From: Psammoneis japonica | Taxonomy: Eukaryota | Assembly: GCA_008632985.1 (NCBI GenBank) | Contig: QPGO01000017.1 | Location: forward strand, 744,001 to 790,205 | DNA length: 46,205 nucleotides | Reading direction: 5' to 3' | Shown: positions 22,878 to 34,323 of the stretch, piece after piece | Layout: every line of letters begins with the position of its first letter | Numbering within the stretch: position 1 is the stretch's first letter | Made by a program: the position numbers and the translations under genes | The notes under the pieces: generated by a model | Database searches by the model: none | Told to the model about the DNA's origin: nothing | What the model saw: only the letters and a program-made list of their open reading frames with translations

Positions 22878-23258
22878 GGTGTTCTGAAAACTCCAAACGG
22901 AGCGAGTGCGTTGTCGTTCGTTCGCAGCGAGTGGAATGCAAATGCCGAACTCCCTCCGACCTGGTATCCCTTCTACCGGTACATCGGTCTACACGAAAAA
23001 GGAATTTTGGAAAATGAATGAAAATGATTTTTTAGTGCGAGAGATGCCTCGCGCCTCGCGGCCCCGCGCCATTCGATCTTCCTGCTCGGCGAGAGAGATG
23101 TTGATGTTCTGCTTGGTTGCTTCAGATCAGACTGAATGGCGATAGTGCTGGCAACGCTGTCTGCAACACCGTCATCAGAAAATAGCCACGCATTCATACT
23201 TTACGTTCTGTTCTGTAGATCTCCCTTCGACCGAACCTCCAAGAAAAAATACAGAAAT

Positions 23259-25185
23259 ATGAAATCGCCTGCTTCTTCTCGGAGTTTTGCATACGCAGGT
23301 ACTCTCATCGGTGTGCTGTTGTGTCATGTCAATGTTGGCGACAGCTTTTTGGCGCCGCGTCCTCCAAGTCTTCCAATCCATCAAGTGTTCGAGCGAGGGG
23401 ATGAAGAAGCAGCACTGGCAGGCGACGGAAAGATCTCGTTTGAGGCGTTGGGATTATCCGATGAAGCGTTGAGAGCCGTCAAAGCCCAGCGTGGGTGGGA
23501 TCATCCTACACCCATTCAGAATCTGGCTATCAGACGCCTCCTGAGTTCCTCCAAGAAACCGCCGGACTCTATTTGGTGTGAAGCACCGTAAGTTCTGACA
23601 ACGTGGGCAACGCAGAATACGTTGTAGGATTCTTTATTCTTCATTCTCATCATGTGTTTGCTGAATAAGAACCGGATCTGGAAAAACCGCCGCTTATGCT
23701 CTGCCTCTCTTACAACTATTATCGCGACAAAAGGCTGATTCGAAATCTCAATTCTCAAGCAGGATTGCATCCTTGGTCTTGTGTCCTACTCGTGAATTGG
23801 CGGTTCAGATTGCGTCTGTCATCCAAAAGCTATCCTTGCACATGTCGTGCAAGGATGAGCAAGGGAAAAGGCGAGGATTTCGTATCCAAGTCATTCATGG
23901 CGGTGTGCAGTTAGAGCCGCAAATTGCTTCATTGGCGAAATGTATTGATGAAGAGAAGACTATTGATGTCTTGGTGGCCACTCCCGGTCGATTAGTGGAT
24001 GTCTTGACGCATTACCGCAGCATGGAAGAGGCGGAGACGGATGCCCTTGAACGGCGCATATTGGACGCCTTGGATGACAGTGGTCGGACGGATTCATCCC
24101 TTTCACTAGCCCAAATTCAAGATTTAGAGTTAGACCGTATTGACGATGATGGCCGTAGCAACCTTGCGGATTTACTCGTGGGTATTCAGTATTTAGTCCT
24201 TGATGAAGCAGATCGCATCCTTGGGCGACCGTTTGAAACGGAACTAGATGCCGTCCTGGATCTGCTGCCTCCTAGAAAGAAGATTACCACCTGGCTGTTC
24301 TCGGCGACGTTTCCGAAGCAAATCGAACCACGTGCTGATGTTGTGCTTAAGCGTCTCGCAGGATCAGTGGACAGGATTGAGCCACCAGTTCGACTCTCGT
24401 GTGGACAATCAGACCGGAAGAATGATAGAGATGAAAGGGTATCAGGGAGACTCGAGAAGCGACTAAAGCGCACTACTAAGTCATCGTATGTTCAAGTCGA
24501 TGGCCCGGCTTCGTCAATTCAGTTTAGGACGATTCGACTCGAGGAAAGACACAGGACGCAGGCACTCCGTCGCTTGCTGGAATCCAAGGGAGGAAATAGG
24601 TGGGATCGTGTGCTCGTATTCGTAGCAACACGGTATGCGTCACACCACGTGGCTCGTAAGCTCCGTCGTGTCGGTATTGCGGCAACAGAGTTGCATGGAA
24701 AGTTAAACCAGGATGATCGGATCCGACGTCTGAAGGACTTTGAGAGAGGTAAAGTCCGTGTCTTGTTGGCGACTGACGTAGCGAGTAGAGGATTGGATAT
24801 CATCGGACTTCCTGCTGTGGTGAACTATGACTTACCACGCTCTACTGTCGATTTTGTTCATCGAGTCGGACGGACAGGTCGAGCAGGGAGGCCGGGTACA
24901 GCCGTGACGTTTGTAACTCCTACGAGCGAGGCTCAGTTGGATTTGATTGAATCACGACACCTGCAGAACCCTGTTGAGAGAGAGCTACTACCTGGATTCG
25001 AGCCTGATGAGTACGCATGGAGTGTCCAAAGTGAAGCGTCCCGCGCCAGCGTTCCGGGAACATTTCACTCTAATAGAGGGCTCGCGCATGATCGCATGTA
25101 TGGAGGTATAAAGGGAAGACGGAAGAGCAAGAAGGACAGATTGAGAGAGAAAGCTGCTGCTGCTAGACAAGGGTCAAAGGAGTAG
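23259..25185 (+). CDS. DEAD-box RNA helicase (RhlE-like), probably plastid-targeted; exons 23259-23587, 23670-25185
   Basis: Q motif PTPIQ, APTGSGKT formed across intron 23588-23669, PTRELA, TPGRL, LDEAD, SAT, ATDVASRGLD and HRVGRTGRAG. Signal peptide ends GDS-F. Confidence 0.9.
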
Positions 25186-25257
25186 AGCAATACTTAATAG
25201 ATTATATTTTCCTTCTTGCCGTTGGGAAATTCTAATCCTAAGCATATACTGTATGAA

Positions 25258-26653
25258 CTACCTTGCCAACGAATCGCGAACTCCCTTTTTGCGAGCTACA
25301 AAGTGCACACACCGATATGAAGTGTTCATCATTGACCTATCATTGGCCGTGTAAGTTGCTTGTATTCCTAGATTTTCTTTCTCAATCACAAATCCAATAT
25401 TGATTATAATGGAACGGACATCTTCCCAACACAGATCCACACTGTCCAAATACCTGCGTAAACGAGTATAAGCAGCAGAAACATATTGTCAGCAGAAATG
25501 AGGAGCCAGTGAAGAAACGCCGCCGATGGCCCTCACCTTCGATCCATGTAGTGAAATCTCTTTTGGTAGTCTTCCCTTGAAAGATCATCTGGCCGCATTA
25601 ATGGACCCGACCAGTGGTAAAGCAATGGACCAAAACTGAACAAGCAACCTCCATCCCGAAGCATGTTGTAAATTATTTGTAGAAATTCCACAATATTCGG
25701 TGCAGCGTCGAGAAAAAAACAACACACGACTCCGTCCCATTTCCCGCGTTCTTCTGCCTTGTTGTAGATGGCGCAGAAGTCTCCTGCAGCCATGGAGAAC
25801 TCTCGAGTAGACTGGTTCGGTCCTTGCCCCAGAATTAAGTATGGGTCAGAGTCGGGAATTTGAACAGTCCTACGCATCGAGCGTGGCGTTAGTCCGTTGC
25901 TTCCATAAAAAAACGCAGAACATTCTTACGAACTCACCTTGTCGGGTCACTTGGTGATGTCACATTCTTAGTCTCCGCAAGCCATGGCGAAATCTCTAGA
26001 GCTCGGTTACCGTCGCAGACTCTCCCATTCAACATAAAGTCAGACGCTAGTAGCATGAAGAGCGAGAATTCGTTTCCTTGTACGCTGTATCCTCGGGCTG
26101 ACAGTTCCAAAGCGAGTCTTCCAACCCCGGCACCTGGAACGCAAAGTTTTGGAGGGAGAGAGATGACATTTGATGGTGGCAGTACCTTCTGGATGGATTC
26201 TAACAGTGGGTTGTAGGCAGCATCTCTTTCCGCCTGGCCATCGGTTGACCAATCTCGTGCCAAACTCTCTAGAACTGAGGATACTTTGGAAAAATGTTCG
26301 TCGCTCGAAAATTTCTGGAAACCAAGGGGACCTATCTCTTGTGAATGTGGTACACCAGCATGCCGCAATATAAGATCTAAACAGAACTGGTTGCGAACGT
26401 ACGCTTCTCTAAAACGTGATTCCCGGTCTTTTGCTTCGAGAGTGCCCGGTCGAAGAGCAAGCGGTAAGACACTCTTTTGAGAATCAGGAAGGGCGTTCAA
26501 TCGATGCTGCTGGTTTTTCAACTGCGATTGCGAGAATGCTGCATACTGACGGAATGCGCGGCAAACGTCGTCAAAGTGAGTCTGCTCCTCCTCATTTTGA
26601 TGAAGGGAGACTTGATGCGACAAAGGGAGGTCAGTGTTGTCGTGCTGATTCAT
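25258..26653 (-). CDS. CARNMT1: Carnosine N-methyltransferase-like (N2227 family); exons 26653-25938, 25869-25537, 25453-25258
   Basis: LARDWS, VPGAGVGRLALEL, QGNEFSLFML, CFFLDAAPNIVEF and GPLLYHW. Two in-frame GT-AG introns. Confidence 0.88.
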
Positions 26654-27371
26654 TTCGGAAAACCCAGTTCTAACCCAAACCGCTGTCACAGCCTTTTCGA
26701 CTCTCATACAGAGAACAGTTGCAAGACATTGAAAATGGATACGACGACTAAGGCATCGACATGCATTTGTGGACTGGCGGCGGCGGTGCGGCGGGTCGCG
26801 TCATTGAATGTCATTATGTTGGCCGCGCCGCCGCAGTTTTTTCGTCGTACGTCTGTTTTCTGTCTTCGGTCTGCAAGTCGTCCGCAAGCTCTGCGCGAAA
26901 AGAAAATGGACGGCCTTCTTCTTGACGATCCAACAGAACATTTTCTTGACGATCCTGCTGATGACGCTCCCTTCGACCATTGTCTTGCCAATCCTGCTGA
27001 TGATGCTTCTGCTGATTCTTCCAACAATTATCGCCGGACCCCTCCAAGTTTCTCCACCACCCTGATGACCTCGTCCCACCTTCTCTCTGCTGTGGTGCAT
27101 TCCCGCACCCCACCCTTCGACTCTGCTCAGACTCTGCCGCCTTCTCTCTCCATTTCGGCAGCCACTTTGATGACTCCTGCTGCCCCTCGTGTCTCACGCA
27201 CCTCTTCTCTTAAAATCTTTACTTGGCAAAAGATGCATCGTGCTCCCTGTGCCGGCCGGGCCACAGCCACAGCACAACTCAGCACAAACACTGGAAGACA
27301 TCAACCCTGAGCTCAACATGTGGCTCACACAAACAACCCCCCCCCCAATGCTGATGACCACTGTTTTGCTG

Positions 27372-27536
27372 TGTTGACCGGGTGCAGAAGCTGAAAAGTG
27401 AGCACAAGACCCACAACTCAACCCGAGTTGCAAGTGCAAACATGCCACATCATTCACAATGGTCAGCACCTCTTGCATTGCAACATTGTCTGTCTGTCCT
27501 GCAAAAACTGCCTCTGGCCCCAATGTTCTTCTAACA
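27372..27536 (-). repeat. 3' LTR (~165 bp)
   Basis: TGTTGACCGGGTGCAGAAG...AAAAGTGAGCACAAGAC...CCCCAATGTTCTTCTAACA aligns with 29063-29234. Confidence 0.85.
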
Positions 27537-29062
27537 CACTCCTTCACACAAGCCATCATCACCTGATTGGCCTCATGTGCATCATGCACAGGAGGATGAA
27601 CCATGCTGCCCAACGCCACACTTTGACTGCTCTGTTGATTCCCACAGCCCCCACCCCACATCATCCAACTCTGCCAATGAATGATCACTGTCAGGACAAT
27701 CCTTTTTCACATGTCCAACCTTGTTGCATTTCCAGCATTTTGTCTGTTTCTTCTCATTCTGTGCAAAACTTGCACCCTCAGGCTTCTTGTTGGCCCCACA
27801 TGTGTCCAATGGCATGTCTCCAATGCCTCCGCCTCATCCAAACTGAGGCGATTGTCAACTCCCCGTGTGGGTGGCCAGTGCAGGTCTGTCAAGATGTGCC
27901 AACATTTTTTAGTGCCTTTCATTGGCATTGCTGCCAACAACTTGTTTCTGTCTTTGTTCCGGGCATCATCAGCACCCTTGCTGAACCCACCTTCTTTTTT
28001 GGCAATTTTTTCTGGGATGTGCCATGGGGAATTTCCACCACCTCAACAATGCTCATGAGCTGACTGCAGTGGTGATCTTGAAGTGTGCCTCTCTGTCATC
28101 TTGACAAATGAGTGCCAACTGCTTCCAAGCCTCAACTGCCTGGACATGCAAGCATGTCTTCTCATTTGCACAAAACAAGGTTGACTTGAGAATGTCCAAC
28201 AGTGCTGCCATGTCCCTCTCCTTTGCAACTCTTGTGAACTCCATCACTCTTTCAATCTTGTGATGAGTGGCCTTCATGCATTGCACCACAACAATGTCAA
28301 ATGCCCTCGCCTTTTGTGTCTTGTAGATCATGCTCTGTTTTGCACAGTGACTGCATTGCTTGCCCCAGATTGCCCTGTGCTTGCTTCTCCAATGTGGTTT
28401 CTCCTGCTGATGGATCATGCTCTGGCTTCTTTGGTGTGCTCTCTTGTGCCTCAGAGATGCCAGCATCTGCATCTCCAGCCCAAACATTCTTCCAACATGG
28501 TGGCCTGCTTGTCAATCTTCCTCGTGGTTTCCATGTGACCATCTGCCTGTCACCTCGACTCTGCAATGGCATCACACACACACTCCTCCTTTGAATGTTT
28601 TGTGCTTCTGCGCTCAACTGTGTCCTTGCCCATGTTTTCCCAAACCAAATGTTGGAGCATCATGGCTTGCCAGCCATTGTGTGCTTGGCCTTGCCAACAA
28701 ATGCAACCCCACTGCACCCTTTTTCAGCAGACCCTTGACAGCTTCTTCACCAACAGCAAGGCCATCCAGAGATTGTTTCTTTGCTCTCATCCAGCTGGCT
28801 TGTTTGCCACAATTCATTGACACACCAAGACACACCTTTGGATTTCCAATGACTTCCCAGCCAACATTCTTGGATGCCTGATGTCCTTCCAGCCTTCACC
28901 TTTGAACAAAACTGCTCCTTTGAGTGTCATGCCATGACTTTTTGTGGCTTCTGTGTTGGAGCTTCATGGCTTGTCGACTGGCATGCGTTTGGTCTCACCA
29001 ACCCCAAACTCACCGCATGGCTTGCAAAAACACATTCCTGATGCCATCAACTGCTGTTGCCA

Positions 29063-29234
29063 TGTCAACCAGATGCAGAAGCCAAAAAGTGAGCACAAGA
29101 CTCACAACTCAACCTGCAAGTTGTGAACACAACAAACATGCCATGTCACTCACAATCATCGGTGCATCTTGCACTGGCTGCAACATGTCTGTCTGTCCTG
29201 CACAAAAATCACCTCTGACCCCAATGTTCCAACA
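29063..29234 (-). repeat. 5' LTR (~172 bp)
   Basis: TGTCAACCAGATGCAGAAG...AAAAGTGAGCACAAGAC...CCCCAATGTTCCAACA aligns with 27372-27536. Confidence 0.85.
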
Positions 29235-29722
29235 CATTGTTTGTTGTGCGCCGACTTCTCCTGCATTGCACAGTCCAAAAAAAAGTTGGTCGTGGCAGCA
29301 CACCAGAGTTTTTGTGGCTGGCAGGCAACAAGTTTTAGCCAGATGGAGCTGTGTTTTTTTTCGTTGGTTGATGAGAAGAGCTTAATTTGCTCAATGATTG
29401 TTTCTCTTTTCGATTGTTCTTTGTTTGCGTGTCATTCGATCAGAGAGCAGTGCAGTCACCAACATTTGTGCTTGAACGCCTCGAACAGCAAAGGAGGAGG
29501 CGCAACGAGAATTGAGAATAAAGTTTAGGTCAACCACTCCCGTCTTGGGAGGTCTGAGTTCAATCCCAACACGCAACGGTGGAGTTGCGCATCTCGCGCG
29601 ACCGACGGTGCGAGGAAGCGCGATCGACTATTCGCCCCTCTCTTGATGATGGTCGCAAAAAAGTAGAGTAAGACATAAACAACGATTCATTGTCGCGTAT
29701 ACCAACAGCGGCATCGATAGGG

Positions 29723-32128
29723 ATGGATAGCGATAGGGAGTCCCACGGTCAGGAAGAAGAAGGATCAGAGCGTGTCGGAAATGCATCTGACTCCTCTCAG
29801 ACGCAGACTCGTCCTGCGATTCTTTCCGCTCTCGGCAGAGCCGCAACAACCGCAGTTATGCAGGAAGGCGCAGACGTGACTGAGTTCCTGCGGGATACGC
29901 GTGACAAATCGGACTTATCAACCGACTCTATCTTCCACCAGAGTTGGAGTGTCGGCGATGGCGACTTTCTTTCAGACGGAGGGCTCGGACCCGTGCTACG
30001 ACGTGGGATGATTTCGTCAAACCAGTCCATGAGCCTACGAAACATGTCGCAACTCGCACAAGACGATCCTTCTATGATTCATGATGCTGCGCGTATTGCG
30101 AATTGGCGAACTGTATTAGAACTATGCCGTAGTCACCCGCAATACGCAGGTCATGCTGGACAGGATGGATGGACTGCGCTTCATCACGCCTGTAATCGAA
30201 GATGCCCCCATGCAGACGTCGCTGAGGCGCTTATTCGAGCTTATCCCGATGCGCTACTGAGCGTGGAGTCACAGGGAGAAAGGACTCCGTTGCATCTTGC
30301 CTGTCGATTTAAGGCTCCAAAGGATGTAGTACGGCACTTGATACATCTAGTGCCAGAGAAAGGCAAAGCAGCCGTGTCAAAACGTGACCGAAAGGGTCGT
30401 ACTCCGCTTTACTATGCTGTCCGGTATGACGCTCCTCAGGGTGTTATGGAGATGCTTCTCGAGACAGACCCAAGTATTGGTTTGGATGAAGATCGCAATT
30501 CCGATAGTCCACTTTCGGTAGTGTGGGACTCATGGGTGGAAAAGATTGACGGGCGAAGGGCTCTACATCCCTTTTTGAATCCAGATGAAGCAAGCGTTCC
30601 TGTTGAGGACAGACCTCGTTTCCTGCGAGAGAAGCTGGCAAAAAACGCAAAGCTGTCCAAACGATGGGAGACTGTCAATTTGCTCCTCCGGACAGCATTT
30701 CGTTTTCCTAACAACGCGGACTCTTCTTGCGCTGACTTAACCGACGCAGGAGACGATTCAGCAACGAAGCGCCAGTGGCGAGTGCTTCATGCAGCGGCTG
30801 CTATTAAATGCCACGTAACTCTCTTTTTGATGTGTCAGGCGCTTTACCCTGAACAGGCATCTGATTTAGATAACAATGACTTGTTCGGTTCGCCAGACTC
30901 AAGCGCTTGCCAGACAGCTTTGCATCTAGCGTCGTCTTCAGCGGCAAACGGGGAGACGGGGCGGAAAGTGCTCACTACCTTGCTTTCACTCTATCCTGAG
31001 GCTGTGCAGCTTGCTGATAGCATTGATGAGAGCTTACCTCTCCATCGTATAGTTGAAAATGATCGCAAGATGCACTGGGTAGAAGATGGCGTCAGGGATG
31101 TGTACACGGCATATCCTACTGCCGTTAGGACAGCCGACAAATTGGGTCGTCTTCCTCTTCATCGAGCTGTTACGTTGCCATACCATGACGAGTCTGTGAG
31201 AACTCTGCCGGTGGAAGTGGGATCCGTCATCTGCAACTTACTCGAAGCTTATCCCGAGGCAGCTTCTCGTGTTGACAACTTCGGGCGGTTGCCCTTGCAC
31301 TTAATTGCGGAGCACGGCGAAGAATGGGATGAACAAGTCGAAGCTGTATTGGATGCTCATCCTGCCAGTGTTCGTGTGAGGGCTGGTCAAGACCTCCACA
31401 ATCGTCTTCCTATCCACATGGCGGCTGCCAGTCCTGATGCGCGAGGGTCTCTGATTGAGCGGCTTGTGGAGCTCCATCCCCAGGGTGTCAACCAGACGGA
31501 TCGACTGGGCAAGCTTCCGCTTCATCTGGCGTGTGAATCTGGTAAAATGTGGGATCAGGGTGTCAGTGCCATTTACGAGGCTGGCATTAACGCGATTCGA
31601 CAGCCTGAAGGCAACAACCGCAGGTGGCTTGCACTGCACATGGCTGCTGCCAGTCCGAATGCCGGCGCGGACCTCATTGATAGGCTGGTTGAATTATATC
31701 CCCGTGCTTCAGATGAATCAGATGCGGACGGGCGCTATCCTCTGCATTTGGCATGCGCTGTCGGAAAGAGCTGGGACAGTGGGCTTCAATCCATCTTGGC
31801 AGCCAATCCCGATGCGATTCTGTCTGGCGACCAGTCGGGGATGCTACCTTTTCATGTAGCTGCCATTTGCCATTGTTCCCGCCCTTCGGACACCAGTGGC
31901 CATTGGGAAAATGATGCTGTGTTGGTACACGGCATCTCATCTCTTGACACTGAAGACGTGAACGAAGACACTGCACCTGTGGAAGTAACTGCCGCCGAGA
32001 ATGCTGTTGCCTCCACACCAGATGAGCAGCAAGGTGAATCGTCAGAAGCCATTGTCGCCAAGGTTGATTTACTCTTTCACCTTTTGAGGGCCGAACCCAG
32101 TGTTCTCGGCACCGCTGCATCTGATTAG
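29723..32128 (+). CDS. Ankyrin-like repeat protein (~800 aa)
   Basis: Repeated GWTALHHAC, RTPLHLAC, GRTPLYYA, GRLPLH, GKLPLHLAC and GRYPLHLAC, each followed by L..YPEA-type helices. Confidence 0.88.
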   Translation: MDSDRESHGQEEEGSERVGNASDSSQTQTRPAILSALGRAATTAVMQEGADVTEFLRDTRDKSDLSTDSIFHQSWSVGDGDFLSDGGLGPVLRRGMISSNQSMSLRNMSQLAQDDPSMIHDAARIANWRTVLELCRSHPQYAGHAGQDGWTALHHACNRRCPHADVAEALIRAYPDALLSVESQGERTPLHLACRFKAPKDVVRHLIHLVPEKGKAAVSKRDRKGRTPLYYAVRYDAPQGVMEMLLETDPSIGLDEDRNSDSPLSVVWDSWVEKIDGRRALHPFLNPDEASVPVEDRPRFLREKLAKNAKLSKRWETVNLLLRTAFRFPNNADSSCADLTDAGDDSATKRQWRVLHAAAAIKCHVTLFLMCQALYPEQASDLDNNDLFGSPDSSACQTALHLASSSAANGETGRKVLTTLLSLYPEAVQLADSIDESLPLHRIVENDRKMHWVEDGVRDVYTAYPTAVRTADKLGRLPLHRAVTLPYHDESVRTLPVEVGSVICNLLEAYPEAASRVDNFGRLPLHLIAEHGEEWDEQVEAVLDAHPASVRVRAGQDLHNRLPIHMAAASPDARGSLIERLVELHPQGVNQTDRLGKLPLHLACESGKMWDQGVSAIYEAGINAIRQPEGNNRRWLALHMAAASPNAGADLIDRLVELYPRASDESDADGRYPLHLACAVGKSWDSGLQSILAANPDAILSGDQSGMLPFHVAAICHCSRPSDTSGHWENDAVLVHGISSLDTEDVNEDTAPVEVTAAENAVASTPDEQQGESSEAIVAKVDLLFHLLRAEPSVLGTAASD

Positions 32129-32271
32129 TCTATCCATTTTATCTCGGACCCTGCCATCATGGCGTTGATGCTTGACGTTAGAGAAAAGGCTGAATGCTTT
32201 GTGTTTGCTCATGTTGTTTTATTGTAATAATAGTAGTACCGATCTCTTTTCCAATTGCGTCCGTGAATCTG

Positions 32272-32311
32272 ATTCCAAGCATCAACAATGTATTCCAAGC
32301 ATCAACAATGT
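32272..32311 (+). repeat. Perfect 20-bp tandem duplication
   Basis: ATTCCAAGCATCAACAATGT x2. Confidence 0.9.
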
Positions 32312-32394
32312 ATAATAGACAACAGGAGTTTTGCTAGAACTGCAACTCCCGCTCTTTTGAACTAAAGACATTGCGGTAAGGCTTAGCAGCAGGT

Positions 32395-32535
32395 GAGAGA
32401 GAGCTAACTACCGCGAACTGTAGCTCTACTGCTTGTCGTACAAGAGTATCATAGCCCTCTCTCTCTCTAGAGCAGCTACTACTCTAGCTCTAGAGTAGAG
32501 GTTGAGAGTACATGTACCGTAGAGTAGTCTCAGCC
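32395..32535. repeat. Second CTAG/TAG-rich intergenic island
   Basis: ctctctctctagagcagctactactctagctctagagtagag; same vocabulary as 10990-11420. Confidence 0.7.
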
Positions 32536-32942
32536 AGTGCGGTAGGGTCGATCCCGGTGATCCTTGACCGTTTTGTGACGTTATCGGAAATCGATAGTCC
32601 AAGTCGTGGGGCTGCGAATTGAGCAAAACGTGGCAAAATTCGGAAAAATATTCAAAAAACGCGGAAAAGCAATTGGCGGGGTGTTGCGTTGCATTCAGCA
32701 TCTACAACCCACAACAACCCACACCTCGCAAAACGACACAGTTGAGTGTTGGTGTCCGCTATCCCGCATTCGTCAACGATCTCTGGTCAAGCGGGACTTT
32801 AGCTCGTGTAGCTACAACTTGAAAAGATCGTCTGCGGCTCTGTTGTCAAGCAACACAACGTACTGTCTGTGCAGCCGAAGTTCTTCTGTCTTCTGTCAGT
32901 CTTACATACCGCTGCACCTCCGTAGGTGTCTCAGATTTTACA

Positions 32943-33989
32943 ATGACTGATTCTCCGTCTGAGATGGTGAATCTGTTGGATTTGGCGGCGGCGGCGTTGG
33001 CGTCGTCGGTGATGGCTTCCATAACCATCCGTGACATGTCAGGCTGGGACGGTTCTGAAGCTAATAACAACGCTCGGTTGAAGCTAGATGGAACCGTTGT
33101 GACGGACGCAGACACAAAGGCGCAATCCATTATAATCAAATCGGTCTTGCAAGTTGCGCCCTCCGTCCGCATTGTCGGTGAAGAAAGTCCGCAAGAGGTT
33201 GAGCAGCACGATGGAGCCGAAAAAACTGCGAATGAAGAAGAATCGCAAAAAAGTTATTTCAAGTTTGCCAAGGACGAAATTGAAAATTGGCACGAATCTG
33301 TGTCGTCCAGAGATGGGCATATAGTGGACTCGTCGCGGGTCAGCGTCTTGGTTGATCCGCTCGATGGAACGCAAAGCTACGCAACTGGTGACTACAGAGC
33401 CGTGTCTGTCTTGATTGCGATTATCCTGGACAATACTCCCTATTTCGGGCTTATCTGCAAACCGTTTGGACTCGAAAACTATCCTACTGTTATGGACAGT
33501 GGTTGCGTCGTGTTCTACGGTGGACATTTGCTCAAGGGCGTATATGTAGCTGGTGGAGACAAGCCGCTTACTCGACCGAGTTTGAATAACTGCCTTCCGA
33601 GGGCCATCATCTCCTTGAAGAAAAAGTCACAAGGACTGGTGCAGGATTTTGTTGATCATTTGATTGAGCTCCAAGTCGTGGACCCGGAGGTCATTCATGC
33701 AAGTGGTGCAGGCGAAAAGTCTCTCCGGCTCGTGCTGGCTACTGAAAAGGAGGGAATTTGGTTTTTGCCTAAAACGGGCACGTCGCGATGGGATGTGGCT
33801 GCCTCGGATGCTTTACTTCGAGCAATGGGGGGAAGATTGACGGACAAGTATGGCAGAGAAATGGACTACTCTGTGACAAGAACGCAGGCTGAGAACATCC
33901 ATGGTGTAATTGCCTCCAACGATGGTGCGCTGCATGCCAAGTGCATTCAAATTTTCTCTGATGGCGACTGGGAACAGCACGCGAAATAG
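32943..33989 (+). CDS. Inositol monophosphatase family, 3'(2'),5'-bisphosphate nucleotidase (BPNT1-like)
   Basis: VTDADTKAQ, IVGEE, VDPLDGT, SGAGEK and WDVAASDALLRAMGGRLTD. Confidence 0.88.
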   Translation: MTDSPSEMVNLLDLAAAALASSVMASITIRDMSGWDGSEANNNARLKLDGTVVTDADTKAQSIIIKSVLQVAPSVRIVGEESPQEVEQHDGAEKTANEEESQKSYFKFAKDEIENWHESVSSRDGHIVDSSRVSVLVDPLDGTQSYATGDYRAVSVLIAIILDNTPYFGLICKPFGLENYPTVMDSGCVVFYGGHLLKGVYVAGGDKPLTRPSLNNCLPRAIISLKKKSQGLVQDFVDHLIELQVVDPEVIHASGAGEKSLRLVLATEKEGIWFLPKTGTSRWDVAASDALLRAMGGRLTDKYGREMDYSVTRTQAENIHGVIASNDGALHAKCIQIFSDGDWEQHAK

Positions 33990-34323
33990 CTTGACTCTCT
34001 AGCACGACATTATGTATGCTACATTGAATATTGAATAGACGAATCGAAAACTTCTTTTCTGATCGATTTCATGCGACATTTTTTGTTTAGCTTCCAAGTC
34101 TCTGAAACTTGGTAAGAAGTACTGTAGTTATGTAGTCTCTACCGTACCCGGTACCGGTATGATAAGTTCTCCAGACAAGGGCGTCGATGGAAAAAGGCGA
34201 GCTCAGACCTCGCTGGCTCGAGCTCGGAGGCTGGTACTTTTTGAAAGCGACCTCGCGCATACAGTACATGCCGACTTCGTCGATCTCAACGCATCTTTCT
34301 TTGACGAGAGTTTGAAGTTGACA

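Larger units (their letters stand above)
27372..29234 (-). mobile_element. Internally deleted, degenerate Ty1/Copia (CoDi-like) LTR retrotransposon: gag remnant, no pol
   Basis: Direct repeats 27372-27536 and 29063-29234 with TGT...AACA ends. On the minus strand a PBS-like TGGCAACAG follows the 5' LTR and a PPT-like GAAGGAGTG precedes the 3' LTR. Gag zinc knuckle CWKCNKVGHVKKDC. Degenerate 5-bp TSD TGCTG/CATTG. Confidence 0.85.

Noticed and set aside
26477..29528. Cluster of long C/H/M-rich ORFs (e.g. 26477-27310, 27398-28063)
   Set aside because: Same stop-depletion artefact; only the minus-strand gag fragments are meaningful.
29528..29590. tRNA or SINE suggested by GAGTTCAATCCC (B-box-like)
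   Set aside because: No cloverleaf or A-box could be built.
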